Assembly: GCA_964621445.1 (NCBI GenBank)
Contig: CAZUNO010000010.1
Location: forward strand, 1-64,000
Length of the DNA: 64,000 bases
From: Candidatus Hadarchaeota archaeon
GTDB lineage: Archaea; CAYQAE01; CAYVLA01
Reading direction: 5' to 3'
Positions 9,108-18,978 of the stretch are shown here, piece by piece. Both the position numbers and the translations under genes were made by a program. Numbering within the stretch: position 1 is the first letter of the stretch; each line of letters starts with the position of its first letter. The notes under the pieces were generated by a model, which searched no databases, had not been told where the DNA came from, and saw nothing but the letters and a program-made list of their open reading frames with translations.

Positions 9108-11447
9108 ATGGAAACCTTTTCACCCAACTCTTCCTATTTCAAGCAACATGTTTCAGATATCCCGGTCTGGTCGGAATACATGTCATCAATATATGGGCCC
9201 TTTCAAAGTATATGGGTACGAAAAAACATAGTTTCATCCCTGGCCTCCAAAATACTGATCAAAGGTCTTAGGGATAAATTCCCACTGACCCTCCATACCC
9301 AACCGTCCCGAAATGATCTCGTGGTTGATTTTTCCCATGCTGAAGTGGGAGGCCCAGACTCGTTTTCAATAGAGATATCCGGGGATGGCCCTGGCTGCAG
9401 GGCCAGCATCTCGGCCTTCTCCTCAATAGCATTTGTCTACGGTGTCGGAAAATTTCTACGCTCGGTGACAATTACTGAAAAAGGAGTCCTGTTGCCGCGG
9501 ACCTCAATCAAGTTGTCTCCAACCCATCAATGCAGGGGACATGAGGTTTCTACTAGCAGATATCGGGGCGTGTGGAGCGAAGATGATTGGGGAAAATACA
9601 TTGAGCACCTTATTCTCATGGGCTGTAACTGGATTTGGTCGGCCTCCATGGTCGCTTCTCCTCTTGAAGGATGCAGCGAGCGGACGGAAAGGGAATGGGA
9701 GGAGCACCTTCGGGTTCAAAACTTGCAGGCAGAGTTGGCCAATTCCTACGGGGCCAAGTTCGGTATTCATTCATATGCAAATAACATATCTTCGGAGTTA
9801 GTTTCTCCCCAGATAGACAAAGGAGGGGGAAAATTCGTTTGTCCTTCAACTAAACGGGGCAGACGGCTGATTAATGATTCACGGGAGATGCTGTTTAGGA
9901 ACCTCAATAGGGTTGATGCGGTATTCACGGCCTCCCATGACCCTGGGGGCTGTCCCTGTGGGAACTGTACCCCATGGGTGGAGACCTATATCCCTATCAT
10001 GAGGGAGCAAAGCGAGATTCTCAGTGAGTACCACCCGAAGGCTAATTTCTACATATCGAATCAGGGCTTGAGCAAATCAGAGAACAGATGGCTCTTCGAA
10101 TATCTCAAGTCGGATACGCCTTCGTGGCTTGACGGGGTGGTGTGGGGACCCCAGGCGCGTCTCCTTGAGGAACTCAGAAGGGGACTGCCTAGGAGATACG
10201 ATGTTCTGGCCTTTCCGGATATAACCCATCTGATAATTTGTCAATATCCCGTCCGGGGATTTGATCAATCAAATGCACTCATTCACTATCGGGAATCACC
10301 CACCTATAGGCCATGCACCATGCAAAGGATATTCAGGGAGACGAAACGGGCAACGGTGGGTTCCAAGCCCTACTCCGAGGGCCTTCACGATGATCTAAAC
10401 AAGGCCGTGTGGAGCGGACTTCACTGGGGTCAGGACCCAGAGAAGACAGTAGAGGAGTACTGCAGATGGCATTTTGGCGCCGAGGCCGGGAAGATACTTG
10501 CCCGGGCCATATTCAAACTCGAGGAAAATTGGAGCAGGGTCTTGGATCAAAATCCTGAAATTTCTAGGGTCCTTGAAAAGATACGCTCGGTCAGAGGAAT
10601 CGTTCGTCCCGAGTGGGATTTAAACTGGAGGTATCTCATCCTCCTATTCAGAGCGGTGTGTGATGATTATATAAGGAAAAGATCAAGACGTCAAAGCAAT
10701 CTCCAATCAAGAGTTGAAAATGTTCTAGCCGATAGGAAATCTCCACACAGGTCTCGTATTGAAAGAGGATTGGAAATATTGGCAAGGGAGGAGATATCGG
10801 GTCCGGAGCTTAGACTCAAGCACGAACTTGAGTCATATGCAGGTATGCTGGAGAGCAGATTCGGTATTGATCTAACTACGGTCGATAGGTTGGATAGCGA
10901 CCTCGCCAGCATTAATTGGATAAGATCGCTTCTTGAGCGAGCCAGTTCCCTTAACTCGGAATCCTCCCGGGGGAGGGTCATAGATAATATTCTTTCCTAT
11001 GAGGAAACCCAAGATGGCTACTACGATGATTGCGGCAATCCAAGCAAGGAACCGCATCTTATTCGAGGGGAGGATTACTTCATGGAGAATCTGGATGAGG
11101 ACACGCGACTATCCCATCGATGCATGTCATACGGTAGGAGCCAGTGGGATGCGGATGTTGTTTATAGATACGAAGGGCTCGACTCATCATGCTTCCATAG
11201 GGTACAGGTAACCTATGTTACAAACCACAGAATGAAAGGGTCCCAGGTACTAATGGCCAATGGAAGATATGTTCACGGGGACTTGCAGCTCCCGGAAGGA
11301 AAGCCGGTCAGTATATCCTTTAATATTTCTCCTCAGGAGATTCCGGAAGGAAAATTGGAATTGGTATTCAAACGAGGGAGCAACGGTAGGGGCCCTCTTG
11401 TTTCGGAGATAAGGGTTTTGAAGGTTTCGGAAATCGAACGAAAATAA
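9108..11447 (+). CDS. Uncharacterised glycoside hydrolase-like protein with C-terminal beta-sandwich
   Basis: 779 aa. N-terminal accessory-like region (YGVGKFLR), barrel-like core (HDPGG, PDITH, YSEGLHDD) and CBM-like C-terminus. Confidence 0.55.
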   Translation: METFSPNSSYFKQHVSDIPVWSEYMSSIYGPFQSIWVRKNIVSSLASKILIKGLRDKFPLTLHTQPSRNDLVVDFSHAEVGGPDSFSIEISGDGPGCRASISAFSSIAFVYGVGKFLRSVTITEKGVLLPRTSIKLSPTHQCRGHEVSTSRYRGVWSEDDWGKYIEHLILMGCNWIWSASMVASPLEGCSERTEREWEEHLRVQNLQAELANSYGAKFGIHSYANNISSELVSPQIDKGGGKFVCPSTKRGRRLINDSREMLFRNLNRVDAVFTASHDPGGCPCGNCTPWVETYIPIMREQSEILSEYHPKANFYISNQGLSKSENRWLFEYLKSDTPSWLDGVVWGPQARLLEELRRGLPRRYDVLAFPDITHLIICQYPVRGFDQSNALIHYRESPTYRPCTMQRIFRETKRATVGSKPYSEGLHDDLNKAVWSGLHWGQDPEKTVEEYCRWHFGAEAGKILARAIFKLEENWSRVLDQNPEISRVLEKIRSVRGIVRPEWDLNWRYLILLFRAVCDDYIRKRSRRQSNLQSRVENVLADRKSPHRSRIERGLEILAREEISGPELRLKHELESYAGMLESRFGIDLTTVDRLDSDLASINWIRSLLERASSLNSESSRGRVIDNILSYEETQDGYYDDCGNPSKEPHLIRGEDYFMENLDEDTRLSHRCMSYGRSQWDADVVYRYEGLDSSCFHRVQVTYVTNHRMKGSQVLMANGRYVHGDLQLPEGKPVSISFNISPQEIPEGKLELVFKRGSNGRGPLVSEIRVLKVSEIERK

Positions 11448-11713
11448 TTATGTGGCCAGGGGATAAATTGCCTAGGATATGATTGTGCCTTTGTAGAAAC
11501 CGCTCCGCGGCGGTCGAGGATCATCCGAAGATTGCCGGCTAATCTTCAAGATTCTACTGTTATGCATTCCTCAGGAATCCAGCCGACAACCTGTATGAAT
11601 TACGTATATAATTGATTGCAGTATAGATCAGAATTTCCCAGTTTATGATATCCTGATACCTGGTCACCATGGCAAATTGTCATCGTTCTGGATATCATCA
11701 TGCCGAAGATAGA

Positions 11714-11721
11714 TTTTAATT
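11714..11721 (+). promoter_or_regulatory. Archaeal TATA box
   Basis: TTTTAATT ending 24 nt before ATG 11746. Confidence 0.5.
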
Positions 11722-11745
11722 CTGTATATATACCTAAGCCTCGTT

Positions 11746-12237
11746 ATGTTTGAAACTGGGCTTCAGATACTCGCCTCGGTTTCGCTGGTCCTCGGGGTCT
11801 TCTCGGTAATCATTTCACTCCTTGTTCTAAGAAAGGTTTTGAACATTTCGAGACAGACCCAACGGCTGTATAGATCTCTGCCCTTGCTACGTTTGGAGAC
11901 CCAGAGGTCCGAGGTAATGGATTCGGTTAGCATGGCTGAGAGCTCAGTAAAGAGCATGAAAATTGATGCCAAGAAGTTGGCCTCAGGGGCCTCGAAAAAC
12001 TTCGCCGATATCGCGTCTCTGCTTAGCAGGACACATCAATTCGAGGGGAATCCTCGACCAAAATTGACAAATGAGGATATCAGACACATTAATGAGAGGC
12101 TTCTGGCCATCGGCGAGGGTTCCCTTTCCACTACCCGTATAGCTGAAAAGCTGGGTGAAGACGCGGAGGAATTCGAAAAGAGACTCGATGATGCGAAGAG
12201 AAAGATTGACCCCGAAAAGGAAAAGCACCAGGATTAG
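11746..12237 (+). CDS. Membrane-anchored coiled-coil hypothetical protein
   Basis: N-terminal TM followed by charged helical region. Confidence 0.7.
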   Translation: MFETGLQILASVSLVLGVFSVIISLLVLRKVLNISRQTQRLYRSLPLLRLETQRSEVMDSVSMAESSVKSMKIDAKKLASGASKNFADIASLLSRTHQFEGNPRPKLTNEDIRHINERLLAIGEGSLSTTRIAEKLGEDAEEFEKRLDDAKRKIDPEKEKHQD

Positions 12238-12305
12238 CAATCCGGTTCCTTCCTTCTTATGAAAGAGTTAACAATACGTCAATTCCCAACTGAGCGGAGT
12301 TCCAG

Positions 12306-14333
12306 ATGGAAAACCCGAATTTTTTCCCGGAAATATTGCATCCAGACAGCCTCCGGGTTTTCAAGTCAAATGACATGACCTGGGAGAAGCGGGTCTTTTA
12401 CACCTGTCTTCAGGGACTCGTTAACAGAGAGAAACCTCAAATATACCAAGTAACTGCTGCCTGTGATGACCATTGGCTTAAATTTTACGAGGAGGAATAT
12501 GATGTTGAATATAGTTATGTTGAGCAGCCAATCGAGCTTCTAAAAAGATACGGTCGCAAGACCAAGGGATTGGTCATATATGATCCTAATCTCCCCGATA
12601 CCGCCAACCTGGCCATTACAATCTCGGGATTATATGATTTACTGCCTGCAACTGAAAATCTAGCCGTCGAAATGGAAGATCAGGATCTAGTTTGGAAGCA
12701 GGACCTGCGAGGCCGCTTCTCGGATAGGATATCGGCCTATAAATGGGCCAGAGATGAACTCCTTCCCCAATGCAATCGACATATCTTGGGATCACTGTGC
12801 GTAGGAAAGCAGGATATTTGGATACAGAACAGGACGCCAGTGATAGATTATCTGGTGGCGAACAAGTCGCTGGTCATCCATCTATCAGCAGCCCGTAGAG
12901 ATAGAGAGGAAGCAAAGCTCTTCGATAACATCCTAGAATCAGCGGGCCCCCGAGGAGTTATATTGGGATGGCACTGCGCGAGAGATAAGGAAAAGGAATA
13001 CGTGGCACGTGCTGCACAGAAGGGTTTTTTCGTCCTTTGCTCGTCAGGAGCCCCGAATCTCACCGTTCACGGAGGGCTATCTCTAAGAAGAAAACACTAC
13101 CGGCAAAGGGAAGCCAGGGCCAAGGATAGGATAGAGGAAAAGGTCTACATTGCCCCATACCTTACCGATGGGGATGCCCTGTGGGCCATGAACAATCTGC
13201 AGACTGATAACTGGATAAGTAAAAGGCGGGGGGAAATTCCCTTCAACTGGGGTCTATTGCCCCTCATTCACGAGATGGCTCCCGGAATGCTGGAGTACTA
13301 TTACCAAACTTCAACCGAAAATGATTATTTCGCCTGCCCATCATCCGGTGCGGGTTATACCTACAGCTTCCTGCATGATGATTGGTATCTAGGAATGTCA
13401 AAGAAATACTTGGATGCCACGGGCCAGCAGGTGGCAAATATGGTAAACTGGGACACGAGATTCTGGTGGCGAGAGGTAGAGGAACCAAGGGCCATTTTCA
13501 GGGAGAAGAGGATTCTAAAGCCGCTTGGTCTGGTATGTGGTCTGGGGGGTTCAATGCTGGCCAGAAGCTACCCCTTGGGAATACCCAAGGTACACGCATC
13601 CCTGGTTCTCCACGCCAGTGAGGATTGTGGAAAGAAGATCAGAGATACCATCTCCCGAATACCGGATAGGCCTCTGTTTCTATTTGCTTTTGTCCAAATA
13701 GAGAGAGGCGTTTTCGATCATCTGGTTGAGGATCTGGAGTCTTTGCCACCTGAAGTTGAAATTATGAACCTTGACACCTTTATGATGACACTGCGAAAGG
13801 CAGTGAAGGAAGGTAAGGTCGGCGAGGATTTGTACACATCTCGGGATAACGAGTCCGAGATTCTGAAGTCAGAGGGGCGAAAGAACAGGAAGGCAGCGGC
13901 TAAACTTTTAGTAAGACTGGTCGATATCCTGGATCTACCTAGAGATGAGATGGCTCATGAACTTACCGTGGGCAATTGGATTAACCTCTCATCTCACGAT
14001 CCCTCGGCGGTGATCGAGGACACAGATAGCTGGAGAAGACGGATGGAGGGCCATCAACCTTTCGATACCACCTGCCTGGCAGATGCCCTTGGATATAACC
14101 TATTCTACACCGTTTGGGCCTATATGAGGGCCCGACTCAATGAGGTCGGGCGTTATAGCAACCATATGGACAGCTGTCTCACACAATATCTGGACCTGTT
14201 TCCAGATTCGCAAAATGGTGTACTGGAAGAGATTTGGGAGATGTGGCACGCCTGGAATCGAAATCCACCTGAGTTGGACCACGTGGTGGATTTGACCAGA
14301 AGAAGCTTGAACCTAGTTGAATCTTCAGACTAG
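12306..14333 (+). CDS. GxGYxYP family putative glycoside hydrolase
   Basis: LQGLVNR, TDGD, FNWG, SGAGYTY motifs. Confidence 0.85.
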   Translation: MENPNFFPEILHPDSLRVFKSNDMTWEKRVFYTCLQGLVNREKPQIYQVTAACDDHWLKFYEEEYDVEYSYVEQPIELLKRYGRKTKGLVIYDPNLPDTANLAITISGLYDLLPATENLAVEMEDQDLVWKQDLRGRFSDRISAYKWARDELLPQCNRHILGSLCVGKQDIWIQNRTPVIDYLVANKSLVIHLSAARRDREEAKLFDNILESAGPRGVILGWHCARDKEKEYVARAAQKGFFVLCSSGAPNLTVHGGLSLRRKHYRQREARAKDRIEEKVYIAPYLTDGDALWAMNNLQTDNWISKRRGEIPFNWGLLPLIHEMAPGMLEYYYQTSTENDYFACPSSGAGYTYSFLHDDWYLGMSKKYLDATGQQVANMVNWDTRFWWREVEEPRAIFREKRILKPLGLVCGLGGSMLARSYPLGIPKVHASLVLHASEDCGKKIRDTISRIPDRPLFLFAFVQIERGVFDHLVEDLESLPPEVEIMNLDTFMMTLRKAVKEGKVGEDLYTSRDNESEILKSEGRKNRKAAAKLLVRLVDILDLPRDEMAHELTVGNWINLSSHDPSAVIEDTDSWRRRMEGHQPFDTTCLADALGYNLFYTVWAYMRARLNEVGRYSNHMDSCLTQYLDLFPDSQNGVLEEIWEMWHAWNRNPPELDHVVDLTRRSLNLVESSD

Positions 14334-14394
14334 ATCTGCCAGCTTGGCGAGCTAATCTGGAGGCTGACCTTTTCAGTTCTGTCTAGAACTATTC

Positions 14395-15648
14395 CTAGTT
14401 ATCGGGGACTAGCCTCGTGCTCTTAGTCTCCTTGTATAGTCGGCGTCTTACCATTAGGGTCCATACGGCAAAACCGGATATGAACATGGTGGAGGAGAAA
14501 ACGAGCCACTCGGTGATATAGACCCAGATCAGGGCGGCCTCCTTTTCCTGCCGGGCTACATCCTCGGCCTTGGAAAAGTGTTCGAAACCCTCCCGAAGCA
14601 TGTTTTCGCATTCCACGAAATCTTGTTCAAGGTACTTCCTGGAGGCCTTGGAGTACATATCGCCCAGCTCGATTAATTCCGTATCTATGACCTTGGTGTT
14701 TGCGCCAAATCTGTCGATGAAATCTCTCAGGGAGACGAGCACGGTCATTCGAGATCTGTATTCATGAAAGTTGGACTTGATGCGGTGGAATACCTCAACG
14801 TTTTCTATAAGACCCCTCTGGGAGACCCATAGTAGCATGTTCATAATTATCTCCGGTGCGTACTGGTTCTGTTCGGGTGTGGTCGGATAGCCCAGCCAGC
14901 CATGGGCCATAAACCCGCCGTTGGTTATCGTTCTTCCATCCTCATAGTTCCAGGCCGCCATGGCATCGACCTTGTCGATACCTTGGAAGTTGCCTGCCTG
15001 CCAGGCAAGTAGCATCGAACCCTCCCGGTGGATAACCATCCTTGAGGCGCCAAAACAGTTGACATCCTCCACGCCGAAGGGAATAAACACGGTTAGTATC
15101 GGTTCCGGGCATTCCCGATTTATGATGATCTTAAAGAAGTTCGAGGTGGCCTCCCCGGCTTTCTTGGAGGTAACTGCTGGTGCGTCGTTTGGAAAGGCCT
15201 TTTGAGTCAGGGAGGATGACCATGCCTCTGCTATCCCGGAAACGATCGAGAACACGCTTCCATCATTTATTCCCCCCGTGCCCTGCCGTATCGCGTCATA
15301 CATCCACTGATCCTGCTTGGGGGTAAATACTGGCCAATCGGGGGAGGTCAATATAATGACATCATAGTTCTTCATTCCATCAAAGGTACGGGGAAAGTAG
15401 AGCCTGATCATCTTTGGCAACTCTTTCTCCTTAATATCGGCCGTTTCACGGGCGGGCACGATATCATAATTGACAAGTGGTTCGCCCCCCAATGTCTTTT
15501 CAAGTCCTCCTATGAAGGCCAGGGATCCGACCATCAGTATCGAGATTTTATCCTGGGCTAAACAGGTTCTCGGAGCGATGAATGAGATGAGCAAAAGGGT
15601 GACTAGACAGAAATAGAGGAGTTCCCGCTGCATGACCCGTATTGTCAA
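14395..15648 (-). CDS. Surface family A paralog 2
   Basis: IRLYFPRT, DFIDRFGANT, ALIWVYITEW, WTLMVRRRLY..STRL. Confidence 0.85.
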   Translation of the reverse strand: MTIRVMQRELLYFCLVTLLLISFIAPRTCLAQDKISILMVGSLAFIGGLEKTLGGEPLVNYDIVPARETADIKEKELPKMIRLYFPRTFDGMKNYDVIILTSPDWPVFTPKQDQWMYDAIRQGTGGINDGSVFSIVSGIAEAWSSSLTQKAFPNDAPAVTSKKAGEATSNFFKIIINRECPEPILTVFIPFGVEDVNCFGASRMVIHREGSMLLAWQAGNFQGIDKVDAMAAWNYEDGRTITNGGFMAHGWLGYPTTPEQNQYAPEIIMNMLLWVSQRGLIENVEVFHRIKSNFHEYRSRMTVLVSLRDFIDRFGANTKVIDTELIELGDMYSKASRKYLEQDFVECENMLREGFEHFSKAEDVARQEKEAALIWVYITEWLVFSSTMFISGFAVWTLMVRRRLYKETKSTRLVPDN

Positions 15649-15753
15649 TTTTTTATTCGATAAATAGATAGCCCACGAAAATGCCGAAAATGTTTTATTT
15701 GGGGAGCTGAACCTCTAAAAGGTCAGCTCGGGGAGAGCTTCAGAGAGAGCAAC

Positions 15754-16593
15754 ATGGTAATGATTGATAGAAAGGTAGCAGGTATAGCGATAATATCGGT
15801 GACGCTGTCCGGTCTCCTGGTTTTTTCCTTCGCGGAGGAGGCCAGCGAGGATCCAGTTGAGATCCTTACCAATGAGTACCCGGGTATCCTTCCTTCCGGT
15901 GAATCGACCATAGCGATATCAATGGCTGCTAGACACTCAATCGAGCGCCTCGATATCAAATCAAAAATGCTTACCTCAAGTAGTCTTAGCTTGGATGAAC
16001 TTATAGATCCCTATATGGAGTTCAACCAGTCGAACACCCCCTATGATGTTTTTGGAAACGTTAAGAGATTGGAATGGTACCGTGAAGAATTAAATGATTT
16101 GGGGATTGAGCCGAGGACGATCAATTCCACTCTAAATATAGAGGGATCCGAATTCCAGATGGCATGTATTGATTATACGGATGTTATTAGATATCTCCTG
16201 GGTGTGGAGGCTATGGAAAACATACCGCTTGCCTATGCGGTTGCCATGAATGGAACTGGCGACTATATCTGGTTAGAGGGAGGGAATGAATTTTTCGTTC
16301 GTCCTACCACAAATATAAAGAGGTTGACATATTCCAATAATGAGAACCAAACCACCTACGTTCCGGATGACCAGCTATGGGAGGGCTCGGACCAGCTGCC
16401 CATTTCGGAGGCACCACGTGGTCTGCTAAGCTTTAATTCTTTGGATAAGGATGACACCATCAATATAATAACCACCTTTGAGGGTAGATCAGTTCCAAGC
16501 GACCCTAAGAGTCCAATAGCAATACTCCAGATAATCGATATCTACGTTGATGGGGAAGTGCAGGATCCAATAATCAATCTAATTCGAAAGTGA
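15754..16593 (+). CDS. Surface family B protein (N-terminal anchor, beta-rich), copy 1
   Basis: Homologous by eye to 44920..45771: AARHSIERLDI vs VARKPIERLEI, EAPRGLLSFNSLDKDD vs KAPPVGELIFDGLEKED. Confidence 0.8.
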   Translation: MVMIDRKVAGIAIISVTLSGLLVFSFAEEASEDPVEILTNEYPGILPSGESTIAISMAARHSIERLDIKSKMLTSSSLSLDELIDPYMEFNQSNTPYDVFGNVKRLEWYREELNDLGIEPRTINSTLNIEGSEFQMACIDYTDVIRYLLGVEAMENIPLAYAVAMNGTGDYIWLEGGNEFFVRPTTNIKRLTYSNNENQTTYVPDDQLWEGSDQLPISEAPRGLLSFNSLDKDDTINIITTFEGRSVPSDPKSPIAILQIIDIYVDGEVQDPIINLIRK

Positions 16594-16603
16594 GGGTGAT
16601 AAG

Positions 16604-17557
16604 ATCAGGATACCAATAATAGCCACCGTTTGCTTGTTAATGATCTGCACCGTGTATTCAGCAGACCTTAACCCCAAGATCGTGGTCTATGGTGGTACAA
16701 ACCAGGAATTCGCGGAAATGCTGGCCTCCGTGATAAATAATGATACCAGGATAGAGGCCGAAACCCTGGTCGCCTCAACCCCTAAGGGAGTGAGCCTTGC
16801 TACTGCCCTGCCAAACCTGAGGTGCATAGTGATTTTTTCGGATAATGCCAAGGATCTCTCCGGTTTTAAAAGTTCCCTGATACCTTTTTTTGAGGAAGGG
16901 GGAGGGCTGGTTGGAATTAAGGAGATCTGCTACATCCCTTCGGCCGAGGAACTAGCAAAAAGTGTGTTCCCCATTTACGGAAATGCCACCGAGAAGGAGT
17001 TGAGTCCCAGGAAGACCAGAACCAGAACCTATGTGGTTGAAGAAGAAACCGAAATCACCGAAAACCTGCCGGATAACTTCGAGATTCTCAGCATGGGAAC
17101 CTACTACTCGGCCAATGAGGAGGGGGAGTATGTTGAGATTGGGGGAAGTAAGACCGTTGTGTATAGGGACGGAGAAGTTGGATGTCCATTGGTGGTAACC
17201 AACCAGAGCGAGAAAGGGGGGAGGTCCGTATCGCTTCCGGGAATCATGGTGGTTTCGGTTCCCAGAGTGGATGTGTACTATGGCAATATTGTGCAGGACG
17301 AGGAGTTTGTTACCCTGTTCACAAATTCGGTTTTGTGGGCTTCGGGAAATGCCAGGTCCCAGTATATGGAGTCGGATCTTTCCCAGAGGATAGAGGATGC
17401 TGATAACAGGTATGAGGAGCTTAAGAAAGCTGCGAGTGAGTCGGAAAAGGAACGCAACCAGAGCCGACTAACCATGCTCCTTCTGGTATGGGCATTAGGG
17501 ATAGCCTTTTGTGGCGTTGTGGCCTGGAAGATCATATTGCCTAGTCCAGGCGAATAA
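16604..17557 (+). CDS. Surface family C protein (GATase/ThuA-like ectodomain, coiled coil, C-terminal TM), copy 1
   Basis: FFEEGGGLVG and EEFVTLFTNSVLWA; homologous to 45764..46765. A complete signal peptide requires ATC 16604; the track start is 16634. Confidence 0.8.
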   Translation: MRIPIIATVCLLMICTVYSADLNPKIVVYGGTNQEFAEMLASVINNDTRIEAETLVASTPKGVSLATALPNLRCIVIFSDNAKDLSGFKSSLIPFFEEGGGLVGIKEICYIPSAEELAKSVFPIYGNATEKELSPRKTRTRTYVVEEETEITENLPDNFEILSMGTYYSANEEGEYVEIGGSKTVVYRDGEVGCPLVVTNQSEKGGRSVSLPGIMVVSVPRVDVYYGNIVQDEEFVTLFTNSVLWASGNARSQYMESDLSQRIEDADNRYEELKKAASESEKERNQSRLTMLLLVWALGIAFCGVVAWKIILPSPGE

Positions 17558-17641
17558 AGGCAAGGCTCAATATTATGAAATGTAGCCAATGCTAGGGGGC
17601 AGGTATTACTCAGTAATGAGGGCCTTCAATTAAGGTTTGGG

Positions 17642-18193
17642 CTATTCAAGGAATTTTGAAACAAAGGGAGAACTATCGCCCCGTCGCATGAAATGTCCTG
17701 AGGGACCCTCGCCCAGGAACTCGGAGAACCATGATTCATGTTGGACCTCCTCATGTAGAATTGCTAATGCTAGATCATAGGTCCGGTGATCCTTTCCAGC
17801 AGTCAGGTTACAAACATTGGTATACTGTCTTACGGCACACCTCTCGGCCTCAACAAGTGTGGTAAGCATTGCTTCTGTATCCGTCGGATCTTCGGGCGTA
17901 AAGGCCGGGGGACAGCCTGAGATGTCATGAAAATCCTTCATATTCTTGGGCAAATCTCCTCCCAATTCGTAGATGCGGGGCACCAAAGCTTCGAAATGAT
18001 TGCGGTCCTCTATTCTGGCAACTTCAGCTATCTCTTTTATCGTTTCCCCGTCCATACCTATGAGATTTGCCCTGAGTATTGTATAGTAGTAATAGGTGGT
18101 AAGCTCTGCAGCAGCATTCTTCACCAGGAGGTCTACTAATTCATCCAGGTCCACTCCACTCTTCTTTACCATCTCAATTGCAACTTTAGCCAT
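17642..18193 (-). CDS. dps: DPS-like (DPSL) ferritin-superfamily DNA protection protein
   Basis: NAAAELTTYYYYTILR, EDRNHFEALVPRIYELGG, CPPA, EAERCAVRQY, HESWF; start at MAKVA. Confidence 0.9.
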   Translation of the reverse strand: MAKVAIEMVKKSGVDLDELVDLLVKNAAAELTTYYYYTILRANLIGMDGETIKEIAEVARIEDRNHFEALVPRIYELGGDLPKNMKDFHDISGCPPAFTPEDPTDTEAMLTTLVEAERCAVRQYTNVCNLTAGKDHRTYDLALAILHEEVQHESWFSEFLGEGPSGHFMRRGDSSPFVSKFLE

Positions 18194-18304
18194 TTTATAA
18201 CCGTAGGAGAGGTTTCCCAGAATCTTATAAAGATAGGTGGCATTTCCATTCTGCGTCACTAATTGGCAAGGAAGGATGGAGTCTCTTCAAGTCCAGAGAT
18301 ACGA

Positions 18305-18805
18305 TTACATGAGGTACATCTTTTTCTTCTTATCCATATTAAGGAAGACATCGGCTTCTGCTATCAACTCGTCGGCAGTTGATTTTCCGAAGGATATAAT
18401 CTCCACCTGTATCCCTTCGGCCTGTAGATACTTCACCAGGGATGTGAAATCGCCATCACCGGTTACTATTATTGCCACATCGATCTTATCCGACATTCTT
18501 ATTGCATCTATGGCCATCCCCATGTCCCAATTTCCTTTCTTTACCCCCCCGTAAAACTCCTTTAATTCCTTTTTCCTGACCTGAAAACCGATGTCTTGGA
18601 GGGCGTCGAAGAAATTTTCCTCATCAGGAGTATGGGCTTCAATGACGTAGGCTATTGCCCTGATAAGTTTTCTATCATCCTTTGCCACCCTAAGCAGGCT
18701 GGTGTAGTCTACTTTGCCATTATAGATATTCTTTGCAGAGTAATACATATTCTGTACATCAACAAAGATCGCTACCCTTTGGTCTTTAAACGAACTTTTT
18801 CTAAT
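18305..18805 (-). CDS. NYN domain protein (LabA/DUF88, PIN-like nuclease)
   Basis: In-frame upstream QRVAIFVDVQNMY, KGNWDMGMAIDA, TGDGDF. The conserved N-terminus requires a non-canonical start, best candidate ATT 18805. Confidence 0.9.
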   Translation of the reverse strand: MRKSSFKDQRVAIFVDVQNMYYSAKNIYNGKVDYTSLLRVAKDDRKLIRAIAYVIEAHTPDEENFFDALQDIGFQVRKKELKEFYGGVKKGNWDMGMAIDAIRMSDKIDVAIIVTGDGDFTSLVKYLQAEGIQVEIISFGKSTADELIAEADVFLNMDKKKKMYLM

Positions 18806-18978
18806 TGCGATAACCCCATCTGTACTGGAGGGGCCAACTTAAGAATATTCATCTCCTTTAGCCCCAGGGCAGAGACATACCAAACGTTTTTCTTTAGCCG
18901 GCTGCCTGCGTTCGGCTAGCTAAGGCGGATTTCAAATTCGCTTCCAAATGGGATATATCCTGCGTCGAGCATATCTTT

